Positions 20,736-29,454 of a stretch of 64,000 nt of DNA are shown here, piece by piece. Below the pieces are notes generated by a model. The model saw nothing but the letters and a program-made list of their open reading frames with translations, did no database searches and was not told where the DNA came from. The stretch lies in contig SVJY01000001.1 in NCBI GenBank assembly GCA_015068765.1, forward strand, positions 6,863-70,862, in the 5' to 3' direction. Within the stretch, counting starts at the first letter, position 1; each line of letters opens with the position of its first letter. The position numbers and the translations under genes are program-made. Source of the stretch: Oscillospiraceae bacterium (GTDB lineage: Bacteria; Bacillota; Clostridia; UMGS1883; UMGS1540).

Positions 20736-21434
20736 TTATCCTACAAATTCTTTGACGCATCTTTCGTATGCCGCCACCGGGTCTTCTGCGGCGGTAATCG
20801 GTCTGCCGACTACGATATAATCAGAGCCCAGTGCCTTCGCACCTTCGGGCGTGGTGATACGTTTCTGGTCACCCACATCTCCGTCCGAAAAACGAACGCC
20901 GGGGGTCACGGTCAAAAATCCGTTGCCGCATGCGTCATGCACCTTACCGGCTTCCAGCGGCGAGCAAACGACGCCATCGAGTCCTGCCACCTTTGCATTC
21001 TGCGCGTAGTGCATAACCACCTTGTCGATGGGTTCGTTTATGAGAAGGTCACTCTTCATATGGGCTTCGTCCGTGCTTGTCAGCTGGGTGACTGCAATCA
21101 AAATCGGGCGTGTACCGTCAGGCCGCGTCAGGCCTTCGATTGCCGCTTCCATCATGGGAATGGTGCCGAAGGCATGGAGATTCGTCATATCCACATCGAG
21201 GCGTGATAAAACCGCCATGGATTTTTTAACCGTGTTCGGAATGTCGCAAAGCTTTAAGTCGAGGAAAATTTTGTGTCCCCGTTCTTTAATTTGCCGCACG
21301 ATATCGGGCCCGGCACCGTAGAAAAGCTCCATGCCGATTTTAACAAAAGGCTTTTTCCCTTCAAATTTGTCTAAAAATGCAAGGCATTTTTCCGCACTGT
21401 CAAAGTCGCAGGCGATGATAACGTCTTTTCCCAT
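20736..21434 (-). CDS. pyrF: Orotidine 5'-phosphate decarboxylase
   Basis: 232 aa from ATG 21434 (RBS GAAAGGAAGAG). IIACDF and [10 protein letters not shown] motifs. The track ORF extends spuriously into pyrD. Confidence 0.93.
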   Translation of the reverse strand: MGKDVIIACDFDSAEKCLAFLDKFEGKKPFVKIGMELFYGAGPDIVRQIKERGHKIFLDLKLCDIPNTVKKSMAVLSRLDVDMTNLHAFGTIPMMEAAIEGLTRPDGTRPILIAVTQLTSTDEAHMKSDLLINEPIDKVVMHYAQNAKVAGLDGVVCSPLEAGKVHDACGNGFLTVTPGVRFSDGDVGDQKRITTPEGAKALGSDYIVVGRPITAAEDPVAAYERCVKEFVG

Positions 21435-21448
21435 TTTACTCTTCCTTT

Positions 21449-22360
21449 CTATTTTGCACTGCCGACGATATCGCGTAGCGTGCTGATTCTGTATTTTTCC
21501 ATAACGCGAGGCAAATCTTTTATAATGTCGCGGCAAGCGTAGGGGTTTACAAGGTTTGCCGCACCCACTTCTACCGCCGTTGCCCCTGCCATCATCATTT
21601 CGATGACATCCTCTGCCGTTTCCACGCCGCCAATGCCCACTACGGGGATTTTTACGGCGTTTGCCACCTGATACACCATGCGAACAGCAACAGGAAAAAT
21701 CGCCGCCCCGGAAAAGCCACCCATTTTATTGGCAATGATCGGTTTTCCGGTTCTGAGGTTAATACGCATTCCCAAAAGGGTGTTGATGAGGCTAATGCCG
21801 TTCGCCCCGGCTTCTTCGCATGCCTTTGCAATGGCAACAATGTCGGTCACATTGGGGGAAAGCTTAATAATTACAGGCTTTTTCGTCTTTTCTTTCACGG
21901 CACGCGTAACCTCTGCCGCATTTTCTGGCACAGTGCCGAAGCTCATGCCGCCGCCGTGGACATTGGGACAGCTAACGTTAATTTCCAGCCAGCCTACCTC
22001 TTCACACCTGTCCAGTTTTTCTGCACAATGCACATATTCTTCTACTGCAAAACCGCTGATATTTGCCATCACTTTTTTATGAAAGCACTGTTTCATACGG
22101 GGAAGCTCTTCGCTGATCACCTTGTCTACACCGGGGTTTTGCAGTCCCACGGCATTAATCATTCCCGCAGTGCATTCTGCAATCCGGGGCGTGGGATTTC
22201 CATAGCGGGGGTCCTTTGTTGTTCCCTTAAAGGAGAATGTCCCCAAAATATTGATATCGTAAATCTCTGCAAATTCATACCCGTACCCAAACGTGCCGCT
22301 GGCAGGAATGACAGGATTATCCAGTTCTATGCCGCAAAGGGTGACCTTTGTGTCTACCAT
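21449..22360 (-). CDS. pyrD: Dihydroorotate dehydrogenase 1B, catalytic subunit
   Basis: 303 aa. TIM-barrel DHOD motifs ([21 protein letters not shown]). Paired with pyrK. Confidence 0.93.
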   Translation of the reverse strand: MVDTKVTLCGIELDNPVIPASGTFGYGYEFAEIYDINILGTFSFKGTTKDPRYGNPTPRIAECTAGMINAVGLQNPGVDKVISEELPRMKQCFHKKVMANISGFAVEEYVHCAEKLDRCEEVGWLEINVSCPNVHGGGMSFGTVPENAAEVTRAVKEKTKKPVIIKLSPNVTDIVAIAKACEEAGANGISLINTLLGMRINLRTGKPIIANKMGGFSGAAIFPVAVRMVYQVANAVKIPVVGIGGVETAEDVIEMMMAGATAVEVGAANLVNPYACRDIIKDLPRVMEKYRISTLRDIVGSAK

Positions 22361-23079
22361 AAAATCTCCTCCTTCCGAAGCACGGGGCCTTCCTTGCAGA
22401 TGCGGCGATTGCCGTAAATGGTTTTGCAGGAGCAGCCCATACAGGCACCAAAGCCACAGCCCATTCTCTCTTCAAAGCTCAGCTGTCCTTCTGTGCTCGT
22501 GGCGTTAAAAACAGCTTTGAGCATCGGTTCGGGTCCACAGGTGTAAAAATAGGTGTAGTCTTCCCCTAAGGCATCTGTTACAAACCCCTTTTTGCCATAG
22601 GAGCCGTCCACAGTGGTAACAAAAACATCTGCCCCAAGGGCACGGAATTCTTCTTCATAAAAGATTTCGTCTTTTGTATTAAAGCCTAACACCACACGCA
22701 CTTTTTTTCCTTCACCGATCAGCTTTTTACAAAGACCGTACAGGGGCGGAACACCTACGCCACCGCCAAGAAGGAGGGGTTTTTCGCCGGAACAGGCTGT
22801 GTCGTAGCCGTTTCCCAGACCTGTCAGCACATCCAGCTTGCCGCTCTCCATTTTTGCCATCTGTTCCGTTCCCTTGCCTACCACCTTATACAAAATGGTA
22901 AGCACTTTTTCCTCTGCATCGCAGACGGAAATGGGACGGCGAAGGAAGAGACCGTCCAGCTTAATGTTAACAAACTGCCCGGGGGCTGTGATCGCACCGG
23001 TGTCACCGAAAAGACGCATACGGTATACATCTTTCGTGAGCGGTTTATTCTCAATAATTTCAAAAAATCCCTGTTTCAT
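22354..23079 (-). CDS. pyrK: Dihydroorotate dehydrogenase electron-transfer subunit
   Basis: 241 aa. FNR-like fold with a C-terminal 2Fe-2S cluster motif CGFGACMGCSC. Confidence 0.9.
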   Translation of the reverse strand: MKQGFFEIIENKPLTKDVYRMRLFGDTGAITAPGQFVNIKLDGLFLRRPISVCDAEEKVLTILYKVVGKGTEQMAKMESGKLDVLTGLGNGYDTACSGEKPLLLGGGVGVPPLYGLCKKLIGEGKKVRVVLGFNTKDEIFYEEEFRALGADVFVTTVDGSYGKKGFVTDALGEDYTYFYTCGPEPMLKAVFNATSTEGQLSFEERMGCGFGACMGCSCKTIYGNRRICKEGPVLRKEEILW

Positions 23080-23088
23080 GCTGACTCC

Positions 23089-26000
23089 TTATGCATCTAT
23101 GGTAGAGATGGAAAGTGTAGTTTCCTCTAAAACATCCAAAAGCACACGAACGGTATCCAGTGCGGTGAAAATGGTAATATTATTTTCCGTAGCATAACGG
23201 CGGATGTAGTAGCCGTCCGTTTCCTGATTTGTAGAGCCTATATCTCGGGTATTGATGATGTAGGCAATATGTCCCTGCCGCAGTGCATCCAAAATTTCGT
23301 TACTGCCTTCGCCGATTTTGCGAAGCACGTGCGTACGAATGCCGTTTTCCTTCAGGAATTTCGCTGTACCCTCCGTTGCTTCAATATTAAAGCCCAGATT
23401 GTAGAAGCGACGGATGAGAGGCAGTGCTTCCGGCTTGTCCTTATCGGCAATGGTAGCAAATACAGTACCGTAATTTTGCAGACGCATTCCCGAGGCCTGG
23501 AGTGCCTTATAAAGGGCACGGTTTAATTTATCGTCATAGCCGATTGCTTCACCTGTCGATTTCATTTCCGGCGAGAGGTAAGCGTCAAGTCCGCGAATTT
23601 TGTTGGAGGAGAAGACAGGCACCTTTACATAATAGCGTTTCTTTTCCTCCGGATAGAGGTCAAATATCCCTTGCTCCTTCAGGCTTTTCCCGAGGATTAC
23701 CTCTGTTGCGATATCTGCCAGACTAAAGCCGGTAGCCTTAGAAAGGAACGGAACTGTACGGGAAGACCGGGGGTTCACTTCAATAATATATACTTCGTCC
23801 TTTTCGTCAACAATAAACTGGATGTTATAAAGTCCCACAATGCCAATACCGAGACCCAGCTTTTTTGCGTAGCCTAAAATCGTGCCCTTTACCTTGTCGG
23901 AAATACTGAAGGCAGGGTATACGCTGATGGAGTCGCCGCTATGTACGCCCGTACGCTCTACAAGCTCCATAATGCCCGGCACGAAAACGTCCCGTCCGTC
24001 ACAAATTGCGTCAACCTCGACTTCCTTGCCTTGAATATATTTGTCAACCAGTACGGGCTTGTCCTCGTCAATTTCAACCGCTGTTTTGAGATATTGGCGA
24101 AGCTGTTCCTCGCAGCCTACAATCTGCATGGCCCGACCGCCCAGTACGAAGCTGGGGCGAACGAGTACAGGATAGCCGATTTCTGCGGCGGCTTTCACGC
24201 CGTCCTCAATTTTCGTAACGGCTCTGCCCTTCGGCTGGGGAATCTCCAAAGCCTCCAGAATCTTTTCAAAGCTGTCACGGTTTTCCGCCCGTTCAATGGC
24301 ATCGCAGTCCGTGCCGATAATGGCAACGCCGCGGTCACGAAGGGGGGCGGCAAGGTTGATAGCCGTCTGTCCGCCGAGGGAGGCGATGACGCCCTCCGGC
24401 TTTTCAAACTCCAGGATATTCATTACATCCTCTGTGCAAAGCGGCTCAAAGTAGAGCTTATCGGCTGTGGTGTAATCCGTGGAGACCGTTTCCGGGTTAT
24501 TATTGATAATAATGGCTTCGTAGCCGGAATTTTTAATGGTTGTAACGGCATGCACCGTGGAATAGTCAAATTCTACGCCCTGCCCGATACGGATAGGCCC
24601 TGCACCCAGCACCACCATTTTCTTTCTGTCTGTCAGCCGGGAAGCATTCTCGCCGGTGTAGGTGGAATAGAAATAGGGAATATAGGCGTCCGTGTGGAAG
24701 GTGTCCACCATTTTATAGACAGGGAAAATATTTTCCTTTTTCCGGAGAGCAAAAACCTCTACCTCGTCCATTTTCCAGAGCTTTGCAATAAATTTATCGC
24801 CAAAGCCCATTTTCTTTGCCGCCTTTAGGGTTTCGGAGCAGCCCGGCTTTGCCGCAATTTCCTTTTCCATATCCACAATACGTTTTATCGCTTCGAGGAA
24901 AAACGGCGTAATCTGCGTCACCTTATACAGGGTTTCAATGGATGTGCCGAGACGCATCAGCTCTGCGATAGCAAAAATATTATCGTCTTTAAATTCTGCA
25001 ATATAGTCAAGTAGCTCCGCTTCCGTTTTATTATCAAACTTCGGCAAATGGAAGTGGAATGCACCTATTTCGAGCGACCGAACGGATTTTAAGAAGCATT
25101 CCTCAAGGGAAGAGCCAATGCCCATAACCTCGCCCGTTGCCTTCATCTGCGTACCGAGGGTGTTGGGGGCAGATGCAAACTTATCAAAGGGGAAACGGGG
25201 GAGCTTGGCAATAACATAATCAAGGCTCGGCTCTTTTGCCGCCGTTGTATTTGCAATTTTAATATCCGAAAGACGCATACCCACTGCAATTTTCGCCGTC
25301 ACTCTTGCAATGGGGTAGCCGCTTGCTTTGGAAGCGAGGGCCGAGGAACGGGAAACGCGGGGGTTGACTTCAATCAGATAATATTCGCTGGAATGGGGAT
25401 TTAAAGCAAACTGTACGTTACAGCCGCCTTCAATTTTCAGTGCACGGATAATTTTAATGGCACTGTCACCCAGCATTTTCTCGTCTTCTTTGGAAAGGGT
25501 CATAATGGGAGCTACCACGATAGAGTCGCCGGTATGCACGCCCACGGGGTCCACGTTTTCCATGCCGCAAATGGTAATGGCATTGTCGTCCGCATCCCGC
25601 ATAACCTCAAATTCAATTTCTTTGTAGCCCTTTACGCTCTTTTCAATCAGAACCTGGTGCACCGGAGAAAGGACAAAGGCATTTTTGCCGATTTCCTCCA
25701 GCTCTTCTTCGCTATTGGCAAAGCCGCCGCCTGTGCCGCCCAAGGTAAAGGCAGGACGCAGTACCACGGGATAGCCGATTCTTGCCGCCGCTTCCTTTGC
25801 CTCGTCCAGATTATATGTAATTTCAGAGGGGATGGTGGGTTCACCGATGGACTGACAAAGCTCTTTAAACAGCTCGCGGTCTTCTGCCCGTTCAATACTC
25901 TCGCTGGTCGTACCCAGAAGCTCCACGTCGCATTCCTTTAAAATCCCTTTTTTCTCCAGCTGCATGGCAAGATTTAAGCCCGTCTGTCCGCCGATGCCCG

Positions 26001-26262
26001 GAACAATGGCGTCGGGGCGTTCATACCGCAGAATTTTTGCGATATATTCCAGTGTGAGCGGTTCCATATACACCTTGTCCGCAATGGTGGTATCCGTCAT
26101 AATGGTGGCAGGGTTGGAGTTACAAAGCACCACCTCGTACCCTTCCTCCTTCAGTGCAAGGCAGGCCTGTGTGCCGGCATAGTCAAATTCGGCGGCCTGT
26201 CCGATTACAATCGGTCCGGAACCGATAATCAAAATTTTCTTAAGGTCCGTTCTTTTTGCCAT
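23089..26262 (-). CDS. carB: Carbamoyl-phosphate synthase large subunit
   Basis: 1057 aa. Duplicated ATP-grasp halves (KILIIGSGPIVIGQAAEFDYAGTQA and VVLGAGPIRIGQGVEFDYSTVHA) and a C-terminal MGS-like domain. Confidence 0.97.
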   Translation of the reverse strand: MAKRTDLKKILIIGSGPIVIGQAAEFDYAGTQACLALKEEGYEVVLCNSNPATIMTDTTIADKVYMEPLTLEYIAKILRYERPDAIVPGIGGQTGLNLAMQLEKKGILKECDVELLGTTSESIERAEDRELFKELCQSIGEPTIPSEITYNLDEAKEAAARIGYPVVLRPAFTLGGTGGGFANSEEELEEIGKNAFVLSPVHQVLIEKSVKGYKEIEFEVMRDADDNAITICGMENVDPVGVHTGDSIVVAPIMTLSKEDEKMLGDSAIKIIRALKIEGGCNVQFALNPHSSEYYLIEVNPRVSRSSALASKASGYPIARVTAKIAVGMRLSDIKIANTTAAKEPSLDYVIAKLPRFPFDKFASAPNTLGTQMKATGEVMGIGSSLEECFLKSVRSLEIGAFHFHLPKFDNKTEAELLDYIAEFKDDNIFAIAELMRLGTSIETLYKVTQITPFFLEAIKRIVDMEKEIAAKPGCSETLKAAKKMGFGDKFIAKLWKMDEVEVFALRKKENIFPVYKMVDTFHTDAYIPYFYSTYTGENASRLTDRKKMVVLGAGPIRIGQGVEFDYSTVHAVTTIKNSGYEAIIINNNPETVSTDYTTADKLYFEPLCTEDVMNILEFEKPEGVIASLGGQTAINLAAPLRDRGVAIIGTDCDAIERAENRDSFEKILEALEIPQPKGRAVTKIEDGVKAAAEIGYPVLVRPSFVLGGRAMQIVGCEEQLRQYLKTAVEIDEDKPVLVDKYIQGKEVEVDAICDGRDVFVPGIMELVERTGVHSGDSISVYPAFSISDKVKGTILGYAKKLGLGIGIVGLYNIQFIVDEKDEVYIIEVNPRSSRTVPFLSKATGFSLADIATEVILGKSLKEQGIFDLYPEEKKRYYVKVPVFSSNKIRGLDAYLSPEMKSTGEAIGYDDKLNRALYKALQASGMRLQNYGTVFATIADKDKPEALPLIRRFYNLGFNIEATEGTAKFLKENGIRTHVLRKIGEGSNEILDALRQGHIAYIINTRDIGSTNQETDGYYIRRYATENNITIFTALDTVRVLLDVLEETTLSISTIDA

Positions 26263-26274
26263 TGTTTATTCCTC

Positions 26275-27468
26275 CTATTTTGTATATACAACCTTGCCGT
26301 CCATGACGGTAAGGTAATTTACGCCGTACATGGTTTCCCCAAGGAAAGGCGTCGCCCCTCCCATGGAGAGAAACGCTTCACGCCTAACCTGGAAGCTTTC
26401 GGAAAGCTTCCAGAGGGAGAAATCCTCTCCGAAGGGTATTCCGAACCGCTTTCTTGGATTTATGCACATCAGCTCTATCAGCTTTTCCAGCGTGATAAGC
26501 CCCGGTTTTACAAAGTGGGTATACATTGCCGGAAAGGATGTTTCAATACCCACAACGCCGAAAGCACTTTCCGCAAGTCCCTTCTCCTTTTCTTCTGCGG
26601 CGTGGGGCGCATGGTCCGTGGCAATCATGTCAATGGTGCCGTCCAAAATTCCTTCGATGAGGGCTTCTCTGTCCGCTGGTGAACGAAGGGGCGGATTCAT
26701 TTTAAACCGTCCGTCCTCTTGCAGTCGGCTGTCATCCAAAATCAGATAATGCGGGGCTGTCTCACAGGTGATGTCAGCCCCTTCCTTTTTTGCCTCCCGG
26801 ATCATTTCTACGCTTTCCTTTGTGGAAATATGGCATACATGATATTTGCAGCCCGTTTCCCGAATCAGCCGGATATCTCTTTGGATAGGGCCGTATTCGC
26901 TTTCCGAGCAGATGCCGCGATGTCCGTTTGCTGCGGCATATTCGCCGTCATGGATATAGCCGCCGTAGAGAAGGCTGTTATCCTCACAGTGTGCAGCAAT
27001 GACTTTTCCGCACGCTTTCGCCTTTTCCATGGCGCTACGCATCATGCTCTCACTCTGCACGCCTCTGCCGTCATCGGAAAAGGCAATCGCGTCCATTTTC
27101 TCTATTTCGGCAAGGGCCTCTCCTTTTTCGCCTTTTGTGATTGCCCCTAAAGGGTACACGTTTATCACCGCATCGCGGTCGATAATGTCCTTTTGTATTT
27201 GCAGGGTAGGTACACTGTCGGGGACAGGGTCGAGATTCGGCATGGTGCACACCGCCGTAAATCCGCCTCTTGCCGCCGCACGGCTTCCTGTGGAAATCGT
27301 TTCTTTATAAGAAAAACCCGGCTCACGAAAATGCACATGCACATCGCAAAAGCCGGGTAAAACAGTTATATCCGCAAAATGGGAAAAATCGGGCATGAAA
27401 CGACGGATAAGCGAAGCTTTTCTGTCGCTGTCTGCATTTATGGAAAGTATGTCTTTGATTTTCCGCAT
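26275..27468 (-). CDS. pyrC: Dihydroorotase
   Basis: 397 aa from ATG 27468 (RBS GGAAAGGAAAAAACC). Metal ligands DVHVHFREPG. Amidohydrolase fold (ATDHAPH). Confidence 0.9.
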   Translation of the reverse strand: MRKIKDILSINADSDRKASLIRRFMPDFSHFADITVLPGFCDVHVHFREPGFSYKETISTGSRAAARGGFTAVCTMPNLDPVPDSVPTLQIQKDIIDRDAVINVYPLGAITKGEKGEALAEIEKMDAIAFSDDGRGVQSESMMRSAMEKAKACGKVIAAHCEDNSLLYGGYIHDGEYAAANGHRGICSESEYGPIQRDIRLIRETGCKYHVCHISTKESVEMIREAKKEGADITCETAPHYLILDDSRLQEDGRFKMNPPLRSPADREALIEGILDGTIDMIATDHAPHAAEEKEKGLAESAFGVVGIETSFPAMYTHFVKPGLITLEKLIELMCINPRKRFGIPFGEDFSLWKLSESFQVRREAFLSMGGATPFLGETMYGVNYLTVMDGKVVYTK

Positions 27469-27516
27469 GGTTTTTTCCTTTCCGGGCATTAAAAAAGTGC
27501 CCCAAAGCAAGACGCA

Positions 27517-27546
27517 CCAAAAAACACAGCCTCCGAGCGGGCTGTT
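27517..27546 (-). terminator. Leader attenuator-type terminator upstream of pyrC
   Basis: On the minus strand, ACAGCC-cgctcgga-GGCTGT is followed by GTTTTTTGG. It lies about 50 nt before the pyrC start and downstream of the promoter. Confidence 0.5.
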
Positions 27547-27553
27547 GTTGCAA

Positions 27554-27585
27554 TCTTGCCGGCATCTCTGTGCCGTCCTTAAAGA
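27554..27585 (-). promoter_or_regulatory. Possible PyrR-binding stem-loop in the pyr leader
   Basis: Minus-strand RNA UCUUUAAGGACGGCACAGAGAUGCCGGCAAGA forms stem GGCA/UGCC with a CAGAGA loop. It resembles the PyrR site (UUUAA...CCAGAGAGG...CAAG) but is not identical. No pyrR gene lies in the window. Confidence 0.4.
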
Positions 27586-27597
27586 TTTATCCTATAC

Positions 27598-27626
27598 AGT
27601 ATACCATGCCGCCGTCTGTTTGTCAA
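27598..27626 (-). promoter_or_regulatory. Sigma-A promoter of the pyr operon
   Basis: Minus strand: -35 TTGACA (27621-27626), 17-bp spacer, -10 TATACT (27598-27603). Confidence 0.75.
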
Positions 27627-27678
27627 GAGAAACCGGTAGCTTTTTTTAAAAAATGAAATTTATGTCAAAATATGACTA

Positions 27679-27708
27679 TTGACTTTCGTTCCTTCCTTAT
27701 GATATAGT
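27679..27708 (+). promoter_or_regulatory. Candidate promoter of the small Cys-rich ORF
   Basis: -35 TTGACT (27679-27684), 18-bp spacer, -10 TATAGT (27703-27708). Confidence 0.55.
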
Positions 27709-27733
27709 AAAGGAAAAGAAGGGAGGCGGGGGA

Positions 27734-27913
27734 ATGACGGCGTTATCCCAATGCGAAAGCTGTGCATATTTTTTACAGGACGAAGGCGAGGAAGAGGCTT
27801 CCTGTGCGGTAAGCTTTGATATGGATGAGCTTTCCGTCCTGTACGGCGGAAAAAACACCTGCCCATATTACCGGTTTTATGATGAATATAAAATGGTGCA
27901 GAAACAAAACTGA
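27734..27913 (+). CDS. Small Cys-rich protein (59 aa), absent from the ORF track
   Basis: RBS GGGAGG lies 7 nt before the ATG. Translation: MTALSQCESCAYFLQDEGEEEASCAVSFDMDELSVLYGGKNTCPYYRFYDEYKMVQKQN. It has a CxxC...C...C pattern and an acidic core, and fills an otherwise empty gap. It resembles small conserved clostridial proteins ending in DEYK.V.KQN (from memory, unverified). Confidence 0.65.
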   Translation: MTALSQCESCAYFLQDEGEEEASCAVSFDMDELSVLYGGKNTCPYYRFYDEYKMVQKQN

Positions 27914-27961
27914 CGCTTGGCGGTCAGAATGGAATCGGTCGTGGCAAACGGAAACAGTTCC

Positions 27962-28005
27962 TTTTTGCAAAAACAAAGTAGCAACCCCGCGAGGTTGCTA
28001 CTTTG
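27962..28005 (-). terminator. Rho-independent terminator of hup
   Basis: 13-bp stem CAAAGTAGCAACC / GGTTGCTACTTTG with a 6-nt loop. On the minus strand it is followed by TTTTTGCAAAAAG. Confidence 0.8.
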
Positions 28006-28018
28006 CTATGCCTTTAAA

Positions 28019-28291
28019 TTATTTTACGTTTTCCTTCAGTGCTTTGCCGGCCTTAAATACCGGAACCTTTGCTGCAGGAATCATAACCTCTGCGCCTGTC
28101 TGGGGGTTCTTACCCTTGCGAGCTGCACGCTGACGGGTTTCGAATGTACCAAAGCCTACGAGCTGTACCTTACCGCCATCTGCCAGTACGTCTGTGATGG
28201 TGTTCATGGCAGCTGCCAGAGCCTTGTCTGCATCCTTCTTGGAAATTTCTGCATTTGTTGCAATTGCTGCTACGAGTTCTGCTTTATTCAT
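28019..28291 (-). CDS. hup: DNA-binding protein HU
   Basis: 90 aa. [11 protein letters not shown]...[21 protein letters not shown]...[15 protein letters not shown]. Confidence 0.97.
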   Translation of the reverse strand: MNKAELVAAIATNAEISKKDADKALAAAMNTITDVLADGGKVQLVGFGTFETRQRAARKGKNPQTGAEVMIPAAKVPVFKAGKALKENVK

Positions 28292-28389
28292 TATTTTCCC
28301 TCCTTCCGATGTGAAATATATACCTTTGTTTACCGCTTAATATATACCTGCATACTGAAAAGAAACAGTATGGGATATTCTGCCTGCAA

Positions 28390-28785
28390 TTATCTCTTGG
28401 AGAACTGCGGTGCACGACGTGCGGCCTTGAGACCGTACTTCTTTCTTTCCTTCATTCTCGGGTCACGTGTGAGGAAGCCGGCTTTCTTCAGTGTGCCTCT
28501 GTATTCCTCATCAACGATAAGAAGTGCTCTTGCGATGCCGTGACGGATTGCACCGGCCTGACCGGTTACACCGCCGCCTGCAACCTTACATACAACGTCC
28601 AGCTTGCCCAGCTGACCGGTAGCGTCCAGGGGCTGACGAACGATTGTCTTTAAGGTTTCCAGACCGAAATATTCATCGATGTCTCTGCCGTTGATTGTTA
28701 CATTGCCCGTACCGGGGAAAAGGCGTACCCTGGCAACGGATTTTTTTCTTCTTCCGGTTCCGTAGAACTCAGTCTTTTCTGCCAT
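28390..28785 (-). CDS. rpsI: 30S ribosomal protein S9
   Basis: 131 aa. [19 protein letters not shown], ending in ...KRAPQFSKR. Confidence 0.97.
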   Translation of the reverse strand: MAEKTEFYGTGRRKKSVARVRLFPGTGNVTINGRDIDEYFGLETLKTIVRQPLDATGQLGKLDVVCKVAGGGVTGQAGAIRHGIARALLIVDEEYRGTLKKAGFLTRDPRMKERKKYGLKAARRAPQFSKR

Positions 28786-28799
28786 TCTCTGTTACCTCC

Positions 28800-29225
28800 T
28801 TATTCCCAAACTTCGGGCTTCTGTGCCGCATGTTTATGTGTAGCATCCTTATAAACACGCAGTCTTGTCATAGCCTCTCTGCCGATTGTTGTGTCCGGTA
28901 CCATACCCTTGATTGCCAGGTACATGGCACGGTCTGCATTTGTGCGCATCATGGCACGTGCACTTGTTTCCTTTAAACCTCCGACGTAACCGCTGTGTCT
29001 GTAGTAAGACTTCTGATCCAGCTTTTTGCCTGTAAATACAGCCTCAGCACAGTTGATTACGATAACATGGTCACCGCAATCCACATGGGGGGTGTAGGTG
29101 GGCTTGTGCTTACCGCGCAGGAGCGTAGCAGCAATAGTTGCGACGCGGCCAACGGGCTTGCCTGCTGCATCAATAATATACCAGCTTCTTTTCACATCAG
29201 ACGGCTTTGCCATAAAACTACTCAT
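28800..29225 (-). CDS. rplM: 50S ribosomal protein L13
   Basis: 141 aa. RSWYIIDA.GK.VGR.A, GDHVIVINC, YYRHSGY.GG. Confidence 0.97.
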   Translation of the reverse strand: MSSFMAKPSDVKRSWYIIDAAGKPVGRVATIAATLLRGKHKPTYTPHVDCGDHVIVINCAEAVFTGKKLDQKSYYRHSGYVGGLKETSARAMMRTNADRAMYLAIKGMVPDTTIGREAMTRLRVYKDATHKHAAQKPEVWE

Positions 29226-29260
29226 GTGTTTTTACCTCCGTTCTTTTTCAATGCTTGCCT

Positions 29261-29289
29261 ATTATACGCCACTTTCCGGATTTTGTCAA
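29261..29289 (-). promoter_or_regulatory. Consensus sigma-A promoter of rplM-rpsI
   Basis: Minus strand: -35 TTGACA (29284-29289), 17-bp spacer, -10 TATAAT (29261-29266). A purine/A-tract-rich UP region lies further upstream. Confidence 0.8.
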
Positions 29290-29328
29290 TAGTTTTTTGA
29301 AAAATTTTTATTTTATTTTCCACTTGCT

Positions 29329-29368
29329 CCGTTTTTCTCTTGTTTACTCTGTTTATCTCCTGTTTTCT
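29329..29368. repeat. Four 10-bp-phased pyrimidine/T-tract direct repeats
   Basis: CCGTTTTTCT CTTGTTTACT CTGTTTATCT CCTGTTTTCT, located between the divergent rplM and rqcH promoters. Helical phasing suggests intrinsically bent DNA. Confidence 0.6.
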
Positions 29369-29395
29369 CACTCTCTATTTTCGTTTTTTATGCCC

Positions 29396-29424
29396 TTGAC
29401 GGAGGAAAAAAGATGTGATACAAT
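29396..29424 (+). promoter_or_regulatory. Candidate promoter of rqcH
   Basis: -35 TTGACG (29396-29401), 17-bp spacer ending in TGa, -10 TACAAT (29419-29424). Confidence 0.6.
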
Positions 29425-29454
29425 AGAAAAAAAGAAAGATTTGGGAGAAAGAAT

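Noticed and set aside
21435-21536. 5' extensions of track ORFs (pyrF to 21536, pxpA to 60618, ftsX to 53510, pucR-like to 55253, upp to 18336, pyrC to 27510, ftsL from 5563, mraZ from 4222)
   Set aside because: The extensions overlap the upstream gene or lack an SD. In-frame internal starts with good SD sequences give lengths typical of each family.
28351-28372. Hairpin CATACTG-N8-CAGTATG after rpsI as a terminator
   Set aside because: The stem is short (7 bp) and no U-tract follows on the minus strand. It may be a processing or stability element, or part of the hup promoter region. I could not identify a convincing hup promoter either.
27917-28543. 208-aa plus-strand ORF spanning hup and the rpsI 3' end
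   Set aside because: It is antisense to HU and S9, runs through a terminator hairpin, and has no recognisable features.
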